Part shown: one piece after another, positions 40,024 to 48,426 of the stretch
Layout of the letters: the number at the start of each line of letters is the position of its first letter
Numbering within the stretch: the first letter of the stretch is position 1
IMG/VR virus record: IMGVR_UViG_3300036832_000975
Span: 1,050-65,049 of that record
Reading direction: 5' to 3' (one strand)
Length of the DNA: 64,000 nt
Source: a virus
Position numbers and translations under genes: made by a program
The notes under the pieces: model-generated
Database searches by the model: none
What the model saw: only the letters and a program-made list of their open reading frames with translations
What the model was told of the DNA's origin: nothing

Positions 40024-42482
40024 TCACCTCTCCTCTTCCTTTGGTGTGGGTGGCGCGGGTTTATTCCTGGCGAAGAACTCCTCCGCAGCAGCTCTTCGCT
40101 GGAAATCCTCTGCGTTCATGGGCTCGACGTACGCATCGTAGTTTCGCCAAGCCTTCGCGACGTGTTGCGCGGACTCCTCGCTCAGGTTGTCGCTGATGCC
40201 CCACCACTTGCGCAGGGACTTGTTTCCATCGGCATTGCAGCGCGAGCAGTTGCCCCACGCGCAGCAGGCGATCATGACCTTGAAGTTACCGCGTTCGTGA
40301 ACTGGTTGCGCTGGAGTGTTCATGTCTCCTCCTGGGCCGTTACGCCAGCCGGGGCACAAGGCGTAGAGGCAGAGCGTGCCTTTTGAGCCACACAGGTTGC
40401 ATCGACTCATGTGGGCTCGGAATGAGCGTCCAACTGATCCTCGCTGAAAATATGCAGCATCCCGATGAATGCCGGGTGGTCGGCTTCCACCACGTAGCGA
40501 ACCATTCCCGCACGGGTGGTGAATACTGAAACTACAACTCCAGGGTACGCGTATCCATGGGGTTTGTGGACTCGGTCGCCGACGCCGAACCGGGTGGGCT
40601 GCATGGGGGGTAGCTACCCCAACTCGGATTCAGATTTTTCCTGAGCCAGTGATGCTCCGGACGCGGTTTTAATCGTATTCCAGCGAGCGTCTCGCCGTAC
40701 ATTAATAAATTCATGCCGCTGCGCCCATGCCAGCGCCGCATCTTTTGCCCTGGTCAGGTTGACCATGTCAGAAACACGGCCATCTGGAGTGCGGATACGC
40801 CACATGTGTGGCCATTGCGTATCAGGCTCAACCGTGATGCCAGCCGGCTTGCTGCCAATCCACAGCTCATGCATCGTCGTTCTTCCGATCCTTCGACTCG
40901 GTGACCAGCAACTTCTGACGCGCCTTCTTGCGCCGTATGGCTTGCTGCTGGTTGTTGGCGGCCCGACGGCGGACCTTGTTGGCCGCATGCCACGCGCGCT
41001 TGTTCTCGGGGAGCTTGTACGGCATGGACCCTTGCCAGGCTCAAAAGAGGCGGACTCGCCAGTTCCGGAAAAAGTGGCCCGCCAAATGAGACGGGCCAAG
41101 GCTGGGGAGGAAAGCCAAGAGGGCGGTCCGGCGACTCATTGCTCATGATTTCGTGCCCCGCTGGCACGGCCGGACCGCCTTCCTCCCATGTTACCATATT
41201 AGCTCGATGGGGCCGTCTCGGTCGGCTTCGGCACTACCACCTTACCGACACCGGGATAGTCGATGATGATGGCGTCCGGCGGTACGATCGGGTGGGTCGG
41301 GGTCGAGCCGGGGAGAATGAGCGGTGGTGACCCCGGCGGCGGGACGTTGGGTGTGCCCGGTGGTACCGGGATGATCGGCCCGCCACCCACCGTGGGCGGG
41401 TAGCCGGGCTTGTCAGGGAACCCGGCGCCAGGGCCGCCCCAGATCGGGAACGCCGGATGCGGGGGGCCACCCGGACCCCAGCCCGGTGGTTGATCTGGAC
41501 CAGGCCCGCCCGGCATGGGACCTCCTCCTATGCTGAGCCCAGTCAGCGTCGCCTCGCCAATGAGCACGACGTTCTGCGTGGTGCGGTTAAGCTTGTCGTA
41601 GAGCATGCCCGAGATCGTGATTTCGATGGCCGCCATGGGGTGTGATCTCCTTTGGTGGGATAAACTCGCGGGACGTGCTTAGCACGGTTGGGTGACGTCT
41701 GGAACACGTAGCAAGTGCTGGTACCACGGCTTGAACTCGAGTTTCATCTCCCTCTTCGAAAGCCGTTACGGACCCATACCCAGTACACGAATTGCGTCAA
41801 GCTCAGCAACGCAGCAACTCGACCCACGAGCACATGTTTCATGTTGTAGCACTTTCTACCGGTCATGTGTTCGTATTCGTATTCGTATTCGTATTCGTGT
41901 TTATATTTACGTTACCGCGGACTCTCGTGCTCGTGCTCATGCTCTCCGAGATGCTCTCCGAGATGCTCTCCGAGATGCTCGCCCCCATACTACGTGGTGT
42001 TCCGTCCGGGTTGCGAGTCACGCAGACGTCGGCCCATAGAGCCACTTCGCGCAACTTTCTCAGGACGTAGCCGGCGTCAGCTCCTGCTGGCAAGTGCGCC
42101 TCCAGGGTGGCGGCGTAGGTTTTGGCTGCGTCCCGTAGAGCGGACATGGTCCGCCTCTGGTCCTGCGTGGGTTCTAGGTGGTCGAACGTGGTCGGATGGA
42201 GGTGTGGGTGGGGCATCGTGCTTTCTTTTCCCTTGCTCGTCGGGTTGCTTCCAGTTTTCCGTCCAGCACACGTGGAAAGACATGGCGCAGCGCAGTTTCC
42301 AGAGCGGGCATCAACTCTCTGAGTTCATCTACGGCATCCGGCAAGGTGTCGTTTCTCATGGATATGGCGACCAATACCACATAGGACGCAGCACCGAGTA
42401 CTTCATACGGCTGGTTCCTCACGGCTATGTCCATGAACTCATTCTTGACGAGGTCTTGCGTGCTCGGTCGACTCTTCTTCAT
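40024..42482 (-). CDS. Cluster of small hypothetical genes, including a Pro/Gly-rich protein (41199-41636)
   Basis: Consecutive short ORFs with ATGA overlaps (40024-40410, 40407-40604, 40614-40872, 41199-41636, 41863-42216 and others). Confidence 0.5.
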
Positions 42483-43306
42483 GCCCCCACCTCCTGCACG
42501 TAGGACGCGGCACACCAGCCGTAGATCGCAATGTCGGGTCCTTCGTCCCGACCGACTCTGAAGCGTAGCCACTTGGTCGAGCCGTTCATGGCCTCGCTCA
42601 CGATGGTCAGCATGTCGCCGTTTTCCATCTCGCCAATAATAGGAGAGGACGAAGAGGACGCAGCGCGGATGTTAAGCTTCTCGTTCGGAGTCAACCCACG
42701 GACCACGCCCCTTCGTGGAATCTGTAGTTGGATGGGACCGTCCTCGCCGCCCTCTCCCATGGTTTGTCGCACGCAGTCCACGTACGTGGATTTCTGCATG
42801 TTGTCGCCGGGGCAGGCGTGATCGGTGTTGGGGTCCTCCTCATGAAACTTGAGATTGCCAGGGTCCCAACCGAAGAACTCGCAGCATATCGCACTTAGTT
42901 CGTGCCCCATGCGCTGGACTTCCGCCCCCATGCCTTCCGTTGCGCTTTCCACGTCGTAATCACCTACGTGTTCAAATCCCAGCATGGTGCCGTTCCAACT
43001 CGGGGAGTGAACCCCCTTGATGTTGGGTGGCGTCATGCACCACCAGCTTTCCCCATCGATGAAAAAGTGCGGGCCCGCGCTCCAGCCCATGTCGTTCTCG
43101 TAGTAGCTTTGCAGGTTCACCATGCGTTGTTTCGGTGACGTGCCGGAGTGCCACCATTGTTCCAGTGTCGGTGATGCCGTGTTGTGCACGACGAAGTTGG
43201 ATGGTCGCCAATTGGTATAATTCAAACCACGGATGTACGAGCGTAGTTCTTCGAGTTGGGTAGATTTGAATTCGATTGCCGGGTCATTGCCCTTCCAACT
43301 ACTCAT
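42479..43306 (-). CDS. N-acetylmuramoyl-L-alanine amidase (Amidase_2) with C-terminal SH3b-like domain
   Basis: FVVHNT, PHFFID, GVHSP.WN, GFE, H.ACPG; LNIRA..SSS..IIGEM.NGD..W. Confidence 0.85.
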   Translation of the reverse strand: MSSWKGNDPAIEFKSTQLEELRSYIRGLNYTNWRPSNFVVHNTASPTLEQWWHSGTSPKQRMVNLQSYYENDMGWSAGPHFFIDGESWWCMTPPNIKGVHSPSWNGTMLGFEHVGDYDVESATEGMGAEVQRMGHELSAICCEFFGWDPGNLKFHEEDPNTDHACPGDNMQKSTYVDCVRQTMGEGGEDGPIQLQIPRRGVVRGLTPNEKLNIRAASSSSSPIIGEMENGDMLTIVSEAMNGSTKWLRFRVGRDEGPDIAIYGWCAASYVQEVGA

Positions 43307-43646
43307 CGTGCTCTCCCAATTTGTCTCTTGGTTCGTCGCTTTGCTCCAGAACCTCTGGTTCGAATCTAGCGCGTATGGCATCGGCAAGATCGATCCCATT
43401 GAGAATAGCCATCCTGTCGATCTGGATCACTGCGTCGGCGAGAATCTCCGCGATGCGGTCCATATCCTGGGCCGCTCGACGAGCCTGCAGTAAATTAGCT
43501 AGTCTCAGTTCGCCGAACGTCAGTGATTCTTTCGCACGTTCTCGTGCCCTGGCGAGCGCTTCGGTACGCTGAATCTGCGCGCGTGATCGGGGTGGCTCGG
43601 TCTTGGTCATTGCTGCTGTTCCAAGTTCTCTATGCGTCGTGTTCAC
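43299..43646 (-). CDS. Hypothetical protein, MazG-like C-terminus
   Basis: EILADAVIQIDRMAILNGIDLADAIRARF resembles the MazG E.AD..I...A...GIDL..A...KF motif. Confidence 0.45.
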   Translation of the reverse strand: MNTTHRELGTAAMTKTEPPRSRAQIQRTEALARARERAKESLTFGELRLANLLQARRAAQDMDRIAEILADAVIQIDRMAILNGIDLADAIRARFEPEVLEQSDEPRDKLGEHDE

Positions 43647-44642
43647 TCACTTGGTAGGTGTTACATTTTGTAACACCTTATCTCGCGCATATTTCTTTCG
43701 TCTTTGCTCGTTGTATTTTTGACGTATGATTTCTCTCTGCCAGGCGTCCTGTTCTTTGGACAAGGGCCTGGTCGGGTCGGCCAGCTTGGCCAGGTCAGCT
43801 GGGGTGGCCCAGCCCTTTCCGTACACGCGGTGTTCTATTCCGTTGACCATCACGATCTCGGCAATGCCACGCGTCCTGTGCGTCGTGTATGGGCGGCCGC
43901 GCTTTTTCTTGGGCGGGTCACCCACGAGCTTATGTGCTCGAGCGTAGGCTAGAAGCCAGGCTTCCAATTCCTTGTGAACTCTCGGTACATCCGGGTCGCC
44001 ATCGATCCGGCCGAGCATGAGCGGAGATGGCGCATTCTGGACATCGTCGAGCACGTCGAGCGTCATTCGTTTTAGATTTTTCTGCCAATATATTTCAGGT
44101 TGCCATTCGTAAATGGCCCGACGCATGGTTTCGTAATAGGGACGTATGTCCCGGTCGCGCCGGGCGTATTGTGCACAGCGGATTATTGCTCTGGCGAAGG
44201 TTCGGGTCGAGCAACCATGGGGCGTAGCGATAAAATCTGCGAAGGAAATTTCCAACGCTCTCTCTGGGCGTGGCTTTACCGGGTCGAGCGCAATATCGGC
44301 GTAGGGCCGGATGCGTCGCCGGTAGTAAACCCACAAACGCAATACTTCCGTTCCGTCCACGTGCACGTCGGCGTATATGCCTTTATCGGTAATCTGCGTA
44401 TCGGCTGGGAAGGTGGCGTTGTGCGTTGCTATGGCGGTGCGTGCTCTTTCGATCGCGGTCTCGGGCAATGGAATACCAGCCACGCGCGCGTCGTAATACA
44501 TCCGGGCTTCCAGCCAGACGCGCCCACGTTCCGAGATGGGTCGCGTGAGAACGAAGAAATATTCGAGAGGGAATGAGTCTTCTGCGTATAGCACGAGCCT
44601 TGACAGCTCGGATCGGTTCCTGGGATTAAGCATCTCAGCCAT
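43647..44642 (-). CDS. Hypothetical DNA-binding protein with AT-hook
   Basis: KKKRGRPY at 43887-43910; basic C-terminus. Confidence 0.55.
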   Translation of the reverse strand: MAEMLNPRNRSELSRLVLYAEDSFPLEYFFVLTRPISERGRVWLEARMYYDARVAGIPLPETAIERARTAIATHNATFPADTQITDKGIYADVHVDGTEVLRLWVYYRRRIRPYADIALDPVKPRPERALEISFADFIATPHGCSTRTFARAIIRCAQYARRDRDIRPYYETMRRAIYEWQPEIYWQKNLKRMTLDVLDDVQNAPSPLMLGRIDGDPDVPRVHKELEAWLLAYARAHKLVGDPPKKKRGRPYTTHRTRGIAEIVMVNGIEHRVYGKGWATPADLAKLADPTRPLSKEQDAWQREIIRQKYNEQRRKKYARDKVLQNVTPTK

Positions 44643-44732
44643 GGTCTGTAGTTCCCTTACATGATCGTGGTCAGCAGAGTCGCGTGGCCTGATACCGCGC
44701 GGCTCTGCGCATTTAATCAGGGAATTACAAAC

Positions 44733-44890
44733 ATGTCAAACCAAGAACCAATCGAGTGTCCGTGCTGCTATGGCAGGAAATACCTCACTGTGAAGACGGC
44801 CACACCATCGTCACGAAGCCTATGTGCTGCCACTGCCAGGGTAGCGGCACGGTAGAAGTGTTACAAAATGTAACACCTTCAAACACTTAG
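44733..44890 (+). pseudogene. Frameshifted DnaJ-type zinc-finger mini-gene
   Basis: CPCCYGRK in one frame and CCHCQGSG in the -1 frame; shift near 44790. Confidence 0.5.
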
Positions 44891-44947
44891 AACGTTTTGT
44901 TTAACATGATTGAACGTACATGCGTCTAAGCTGTTGATATCTCGCTT

Positions 44948-45274
44948 GTAGCCAAAGTTGCCTGTTGTTGTGCAGGTCAAAGCCTTGTATTTACTAGATT
45001 TAATCGTGAGTTCACTTGTGCCACTAAAAATAACAACCCCATATACACTCATGGAGTCAAAAAACCACATCATAGATTATAACATGATATCACTAACATC
45101 CTATATATATATATATATATAAAATCAAGAGAAGAAGTACATATGGGATTTTATATCTATTTGGTTTTTGAGGAAATATATAGGGTTGTTATTTTTAGTG
45201 GCACAAGTGAACTCACAATTAAATCTAGTAAATACAAGGCATTGACCTGCACAATGGCAGGCAACTTTGGCTAC
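44948..45274. repeat. 98-bp inverted repeat (44948-45045 / 45177-45274) around a 131-bp AT-rich spacer
   Basis: Arms differ at 6 of 98 positions; spacer holds a (TA)n run at about 45103-45121. Confidence 0.92.
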
Positions 45275-45345
45275 GACGATGACCCCACTGGTCCCTGGAT
45301 ACCACAAAAGTGCTACATCCTGTAACACATCCTAACATTAAACAC

Positions 45346-45373
45346 AAAAAAGGGCGCGGCTCGCGCCGCGCCC
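45346..45373 (-). terminator. Rho-independent terminator of the early operon
   Basis: GGGCGCGGC-GCGA-GCCGCGCCC followed by TTTTTT on the - strand. Confidence 0.9.
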
Positions 45374-45400
45374 CTTGGAAAGACTAGTTAGGTTTATAGC

Positions 45401-45880
45401 TTAGCGTGAATCTAGCCACATTGCTGCCCCAATCTTGGTTAACGCATATACCAACGCAGGAATAGACAGACCAAGCATTGTACCAGCTATCTGCATGACC
45501 AGATTGTCCGCTCCGCTGGCAAATGCGAGCGCATTGAGTATAGCGGACCATAGGATGGTCCCTAGAATGGCTGGCCGGAACACACGGGTTAGCTTAGTTC
45601 TAAGCTTATCGCTAATCGTGAGTTGCGCTAATTCTAGACTTACAAAGGCGCAGTCGACCCCGACTGCCATCGCCCAGGCTTGGTAAGTCTCACAGTGCGA
45701 TATGGTCCCGATACCTGAGGCTAAATGGTTTAGGGATAACCCGGTTAGGGTCACAGCCACTAACCCAACCGCGCTTGCTGCGAATAATTGGTGCGGGATG
45801 GTTTTACGTTTGGCGCGGGATATTGGTTTTGATTTTGCGCTGGGGATAACTGAGAGTTTGGTAACGTTGGTAGTGGTCAT
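45401..45880 (-). CDS. Multi-TM membrane protein (DUF2637-like), early gene 4
   Basis: Four hydrophobic segments; LS..HL..AWAMAVGVD pattern. Confidence 0.65.
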   Translation of the reverse strand: MTTTNVTKLSVIPSAKSKPISRAKRKTIPHQLFAASAVGLVAVTLTGLSLNHLASGIGTISHCETYQAWAMAVGVDCAFVSLELAQLTISDKLRTKLTRVFRPAILGTILWSAILNALAFASGADNLVMQIAGTMLGLSIPALVYALTKIGAAMWLDSR

Positions 45881-45945
45881 GGTTTGAGTATCTCCGTTGT
45901 AAGTAAGTTGTAGGGCGAGCCTTGCGGCTCGCCCCGTTGGTTTGG

Positions 45946-46110
45946 TTATTGGTTGTCATACCGCCCTAGGCACATGGCAACGTCGGGCGTGTCCCACATG
46001 CGCATGCGCCAATCGTGATTGAGTTCGAGCATGAGTTCGAGTTCGCGAATACGGTTTTCGAGGCGGTAAATCATGATCTTGGTGTTGCGGTCGATTGCTT
46101 GGTTGGTCAT
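45946..46110 (-). CDS. 54-aa early gene 3 (not in ORF track)
   Basis: MTNQAIDRNTKIMIYRLENRIRELELMLELNHDWRMRMWDTPDVAMCLGRYDNQ*. Confidence 0.6.
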   Translation of the reverse strand: MTNQAIDRNTKIMIYRLENRIRELELMLELNHDWRMRMWDTPDVAMCLGRYDNQ

Positions 46111-46135
46111 GGTTGAGTACTTCCGGAGAACTACT

Positions 46136-46197
46136 GGTCTCGTCAGGCACGGCCTTACCGTGCGACGGCGCCGCGCTAGCGCGGCGCCGTTTCGACC
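46136..46197 (-). ncRNA. Type II hammerhead ribozyme B
   Basis: GGUC-GAAAC-[GGCGCCGCG CUAG CGCGGCGCC]-GUC-[GCACGG UAAGG CCGUGC]-CUGACGA-GACC; complete core and three stems. Confidence 0.93.
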
Positions 46198-46207
46198 TGT
46201 TGATTAA

Positions 46208-46882
46208 TTACCGGGGAGCGTTGGCGAGCCAATCACGCCACTCGGAACCACGATCGTCTACGAGCTTTCCAGCGTACTTTTTCTGGAGGCTCTTCATGGT
46301 GAGTACTAACCTGTTGAGCGCGTCGAACACGTCGACGTCGTCCTTTGGGTTCACGATTTCATCGGCCTTGACGAGTCGTGCTTCGTGTGCGGCCTTTTCG
46401 GCTTCGCGTTCGGCGCGCTTGACCTCGGTGTCTTGGTTCTCGGGCTTGGTGATGCCGGCCATACGCTTGGCACGGGAGATCAATACCCTGACTGCGACCA
46501 TGACGCGTTCTTGATCCGCTGTGCGGTTTTCGTCGGTGTTCTTGCTGGGATTAAGCTGGTTGTACTTTTTCAGGCCAATGACCCGCTTGGACTCTTCCCG
46601 GTCATAGCCGAGCTTGCGAACCATGTAGCCTTCGGTGAGAGCCTGGATCATATCTCCTAAGACTTGCTCGTTGGTCTTGAACGTGGTGAAAGCCTGAGTG
46701 AGGCTACCGTCCAGCCCAGCCATGCTGGAACCGAACTCGAAGGCAATGTCGCAAGCCTGAGCTGGAGTCATCATCACCACGCTGTTGGGGAGCTTGGTGC
46801 CCGTCATGGCCTTACCCTTGGCCTTGCCGTTGGCCTTGGTCACGGGAGTCGTAGCGGTAACAACAGATTGTACGTTAGTCAT
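46208..46882 (-). CDS. 224-aa hypothetical early protein (gene 2) between the two ribozymes
   Basis: ATG 46882 with AAAGG SD; basic, helical; no family recognised. Confidence 0.75.
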   Translation of the reverse strand: MTNVQSVVTATTPVTKANGKAKGKAMTGTKLPNSVVMMTPAQACDIAFEFGSSMAGLDGSLTQAFTTFKTNEQVLGDMIQALTEGYMVRKLGYDREESKRVIGLKKYNQLNPSKNTDENRTADQERVMVAVRVLISRAKRMAGITKPENQDTEVKRAEREAEKAAHEARLVKADEIVNPKDDVDVFDALNRLVLTMKSLQKKYAGKLVDDRGSEWRDWLANAPR

Positions 46883-46897
46883 GTTGTAAGTGCCTTT

Positions 46898-46976
46898 GTT
46901 CGTGGCTATCTGGCCATCATCAGGCACGGCTTTACCGTGCGACGCGGGATAACCCCGCGTTTCGGCCTTAACGAAC
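46898..46976 (-). ncRNA. Type II hammerhead ribozyme A (extra U after A9)
   Basis: GUUCGU-UAA-GGCC-GAAAC-[GCGGGG UUA UCCCGC]-GUC-[GCACGG UAAAG CCGUGC]-CUGAUGA-U-GGCC-AGAUAGCC-ACGAAC. Confidence 0.88.
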
Positions 46977-47216
46977 GCGCTGTATTGCGGCTTTCACATC
47001 ATCAACACTCACATCAAGAACGTTTGCCATGTGCTGGTAGACAAGCTCACCCATGGCTAACGGATCATTACGATGCATTTCCATCTCTTCATACGTGGCG
47101 TACCTATCGCCACGGTTGTAATGCTGTAGTTCGTGCGCTTCGCGTGCCAGTGCGGCGAACTGTGCGTATGTCATGCGCCGATGTCCGATTTTGGTTCGCT
47201 TGCTGTACGTTTTCAT
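46968..47216 (-). CDS. 82-aa early gene 1
   Basis: ATG 47216 after AGAGGA; first ORF after the early promoter. Confidence 0.65.
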   Translation of the reverse strand: MKTYSKRTKIGHRRMTYAQFAALAREAHELQHYNRGDRYATYEEMEMHRNDPLAMGELVYQHMANVLDVSVDDVKAAIQRVR

Positions 47217-47257
47217 CTTATATCCTCTGTTATCAGTTAATCCCATCACCCAATCAA

Positions 47258-47287
47258 ACAATAGCACAGTACATTGGATGTTGTCAA
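47258..47287 (-). promoter_or_regulatory. Sigma70-like early promoter
   Basis: TTGACA-18 nt-TATTGT with TG extended -10. Confidence 0.7.
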
Positions 47288-47645
47288 CTAGCAGGTGTTA
47301 TATGATGTTACACCTTACCCCCGCTCTACCCCTAGCCCGTAAGAATTACTTGTCGGCAGAGCGACCGGCCCAAGGGGATCGCTCGCAAGTGCTTGCGGCT
47401 GCTTGCCCATCCAACAAATAAAATTTGGAATTTTTTGCCATAAATCAACTTATACACTAAAACTATATATGTAAAATTTGAGATTTTTTACCAAAATCAA
47501 ATAATGTACTAGAAAAAATTTAGAACCAGATTTTTTGAGAATATCTAACCAGCCGCCAGTACCAGCGAGACCTACGCGCAAACCCGGCCGGCCGGCGAAC
47601 CACCCCGAGAAGACGTTCATGTCGTAGTGTCACGTAAAACATGTT

Positions 47646-48113
47646 ATGACTCCAGGTATGAGTAGCAACACGCCCCTTCAGTTGATGGACCTGACCGCGG
47701 ACCCCGCGGCACTTGGTTGGCCGCCGAGCCTGCCCCTGGAGCTGGCGCTGCGGAGTCAACCCGTCAGGGAAATCTGCGCCGCCTACGGCATAGACAGGTT
47801 CGAGTACGATCGCCTGCGCGCCGACCCGGCGTTCAGGCGCGCCGTGGTAGAAGCCACCGAGACCCTCAAGGAGGAAGGCGCCACGTTCAGGCTCAAGGCC
47901 CGGGCTCAGAGTGAAGAATTACTCAAGACCTCCTGGGCCCTGATCCACAAGCCCCTGGATCAGGTGAGCGCCTCGGTGAAGGCCCAGCTGATCCAGATGA
48001 CGATTCGTTGTGCCGGCCTGGATGCCTCGATTGAACAAAAGGCCAAGGCCAGCGCGACCGCGCAGGCCAACGCTTTGACTACGTTAACTATTAACTTGCA
48101 TCTTGGGGACTAG
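47646..48113 (+). CDS. Putative terminase small subunit
   Basis: HTH-like N-terminus (REICAAYGI), helical oligomerisation region; first gene of the packaging module. Confidence 0.55.
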   Translation: MTPGMSSNTPLQLMDLTADPAALGWPPSLPLELALRSQPVREICAAYGIDRFEYDRLRADPAFRRAVVEATETLKEEGATFRLKARAQSEELLKTSWALIHKPLDQVSASVKAQLIQMTIRCAGLDASIEQKAKASATAQANALTTLTINLHLGD

Positions 48114-48119
48114 ACCCCG

Positions 48120-48422
48120 ATGAGCCCTGGCATCCTCGACAGCGCGGGACAGGTCGCCACCAGCGCCATAGAAGCCATGAAGGCTGCGCCGGTGCTCATA
48201 GCCCTGGTACTCCTTCAAGGGCTCACCCTCGGCGTCGTTGGCTACAACGTCAACATGCGACAGCGCGACATGGCGGAGGAGCGCAGGCTCTTCGCGGACG
48301 AGCGAAAGATGTTCCTTGAATTGTGTGTTGTCCAGCGAACAGGGTCGGGTCCGACGAATTTCCGCCTGGAGAGTGAGTCGAGTAAACCAGTGCCATTGCC
48401 GCCTGAGCGGCCGAAGGAGTGA
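48120..48422 (+). CDS. Single-TM plus coiled-coil protein (holin/spanin-like candidate)
   Basis: [20 protein letters not shown] followed by charged helix. Confidence 0.45.
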   Translation: MSPGILDSAGQVATSAIEAMKAAPVLIALVLLQGLTLGVVGYNVNMRQRDMAEERRLFADERKMFLELCVVQRTGSGPTNFRLESESSKPVPLPPERPKE

Positions 48423-48426
48423 TGCA

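Larger units (their letters stand above)
26459..47313. promoter_or_regulatory. Dispersed 19-bp operator-like palindrome GTGTTACA-N3-TGTAACAC
   Basis: Perfect arms at 26459, 35481, 39893, 43658, 44858; 1-2 mismatches at 28195, 45310, 47295. Confidence 0.85.

Noticed and set aside
40868-41030. Apparent frameshifted gene upstream of 40614-40872
   Set aside because: Re-reading gives one intact 52-aa frame (MPYKLPENKRAW...KDRKNDDA).
41866-41980. Short direct repeats as a CRISPR array
   Set aside because: 6- and 12-bp tandem units without spacers; the Cas4-like gene is an ordinary phage exonuclease.
44879-45325. Two ORFs sharing VVIFSGTSELTIKSSKYKALTCT as duplicated genes
   Set aside because: They are translations of the two inverted-repeat arms, with no SD or coding signature.
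21917-47300. Integrase, cI repressor, reverse transcriptase/DGR, PurZ or tRNA genes
   Set aside because: No diagnostic motifs or cloverleaf seen; the part of the genome outside the window is unknown.
47345-47410. Possible twister or pistol ribozyme
   Set aside because: Only generic stems; conserved catalytic residues and pseudoknots could not be matched.
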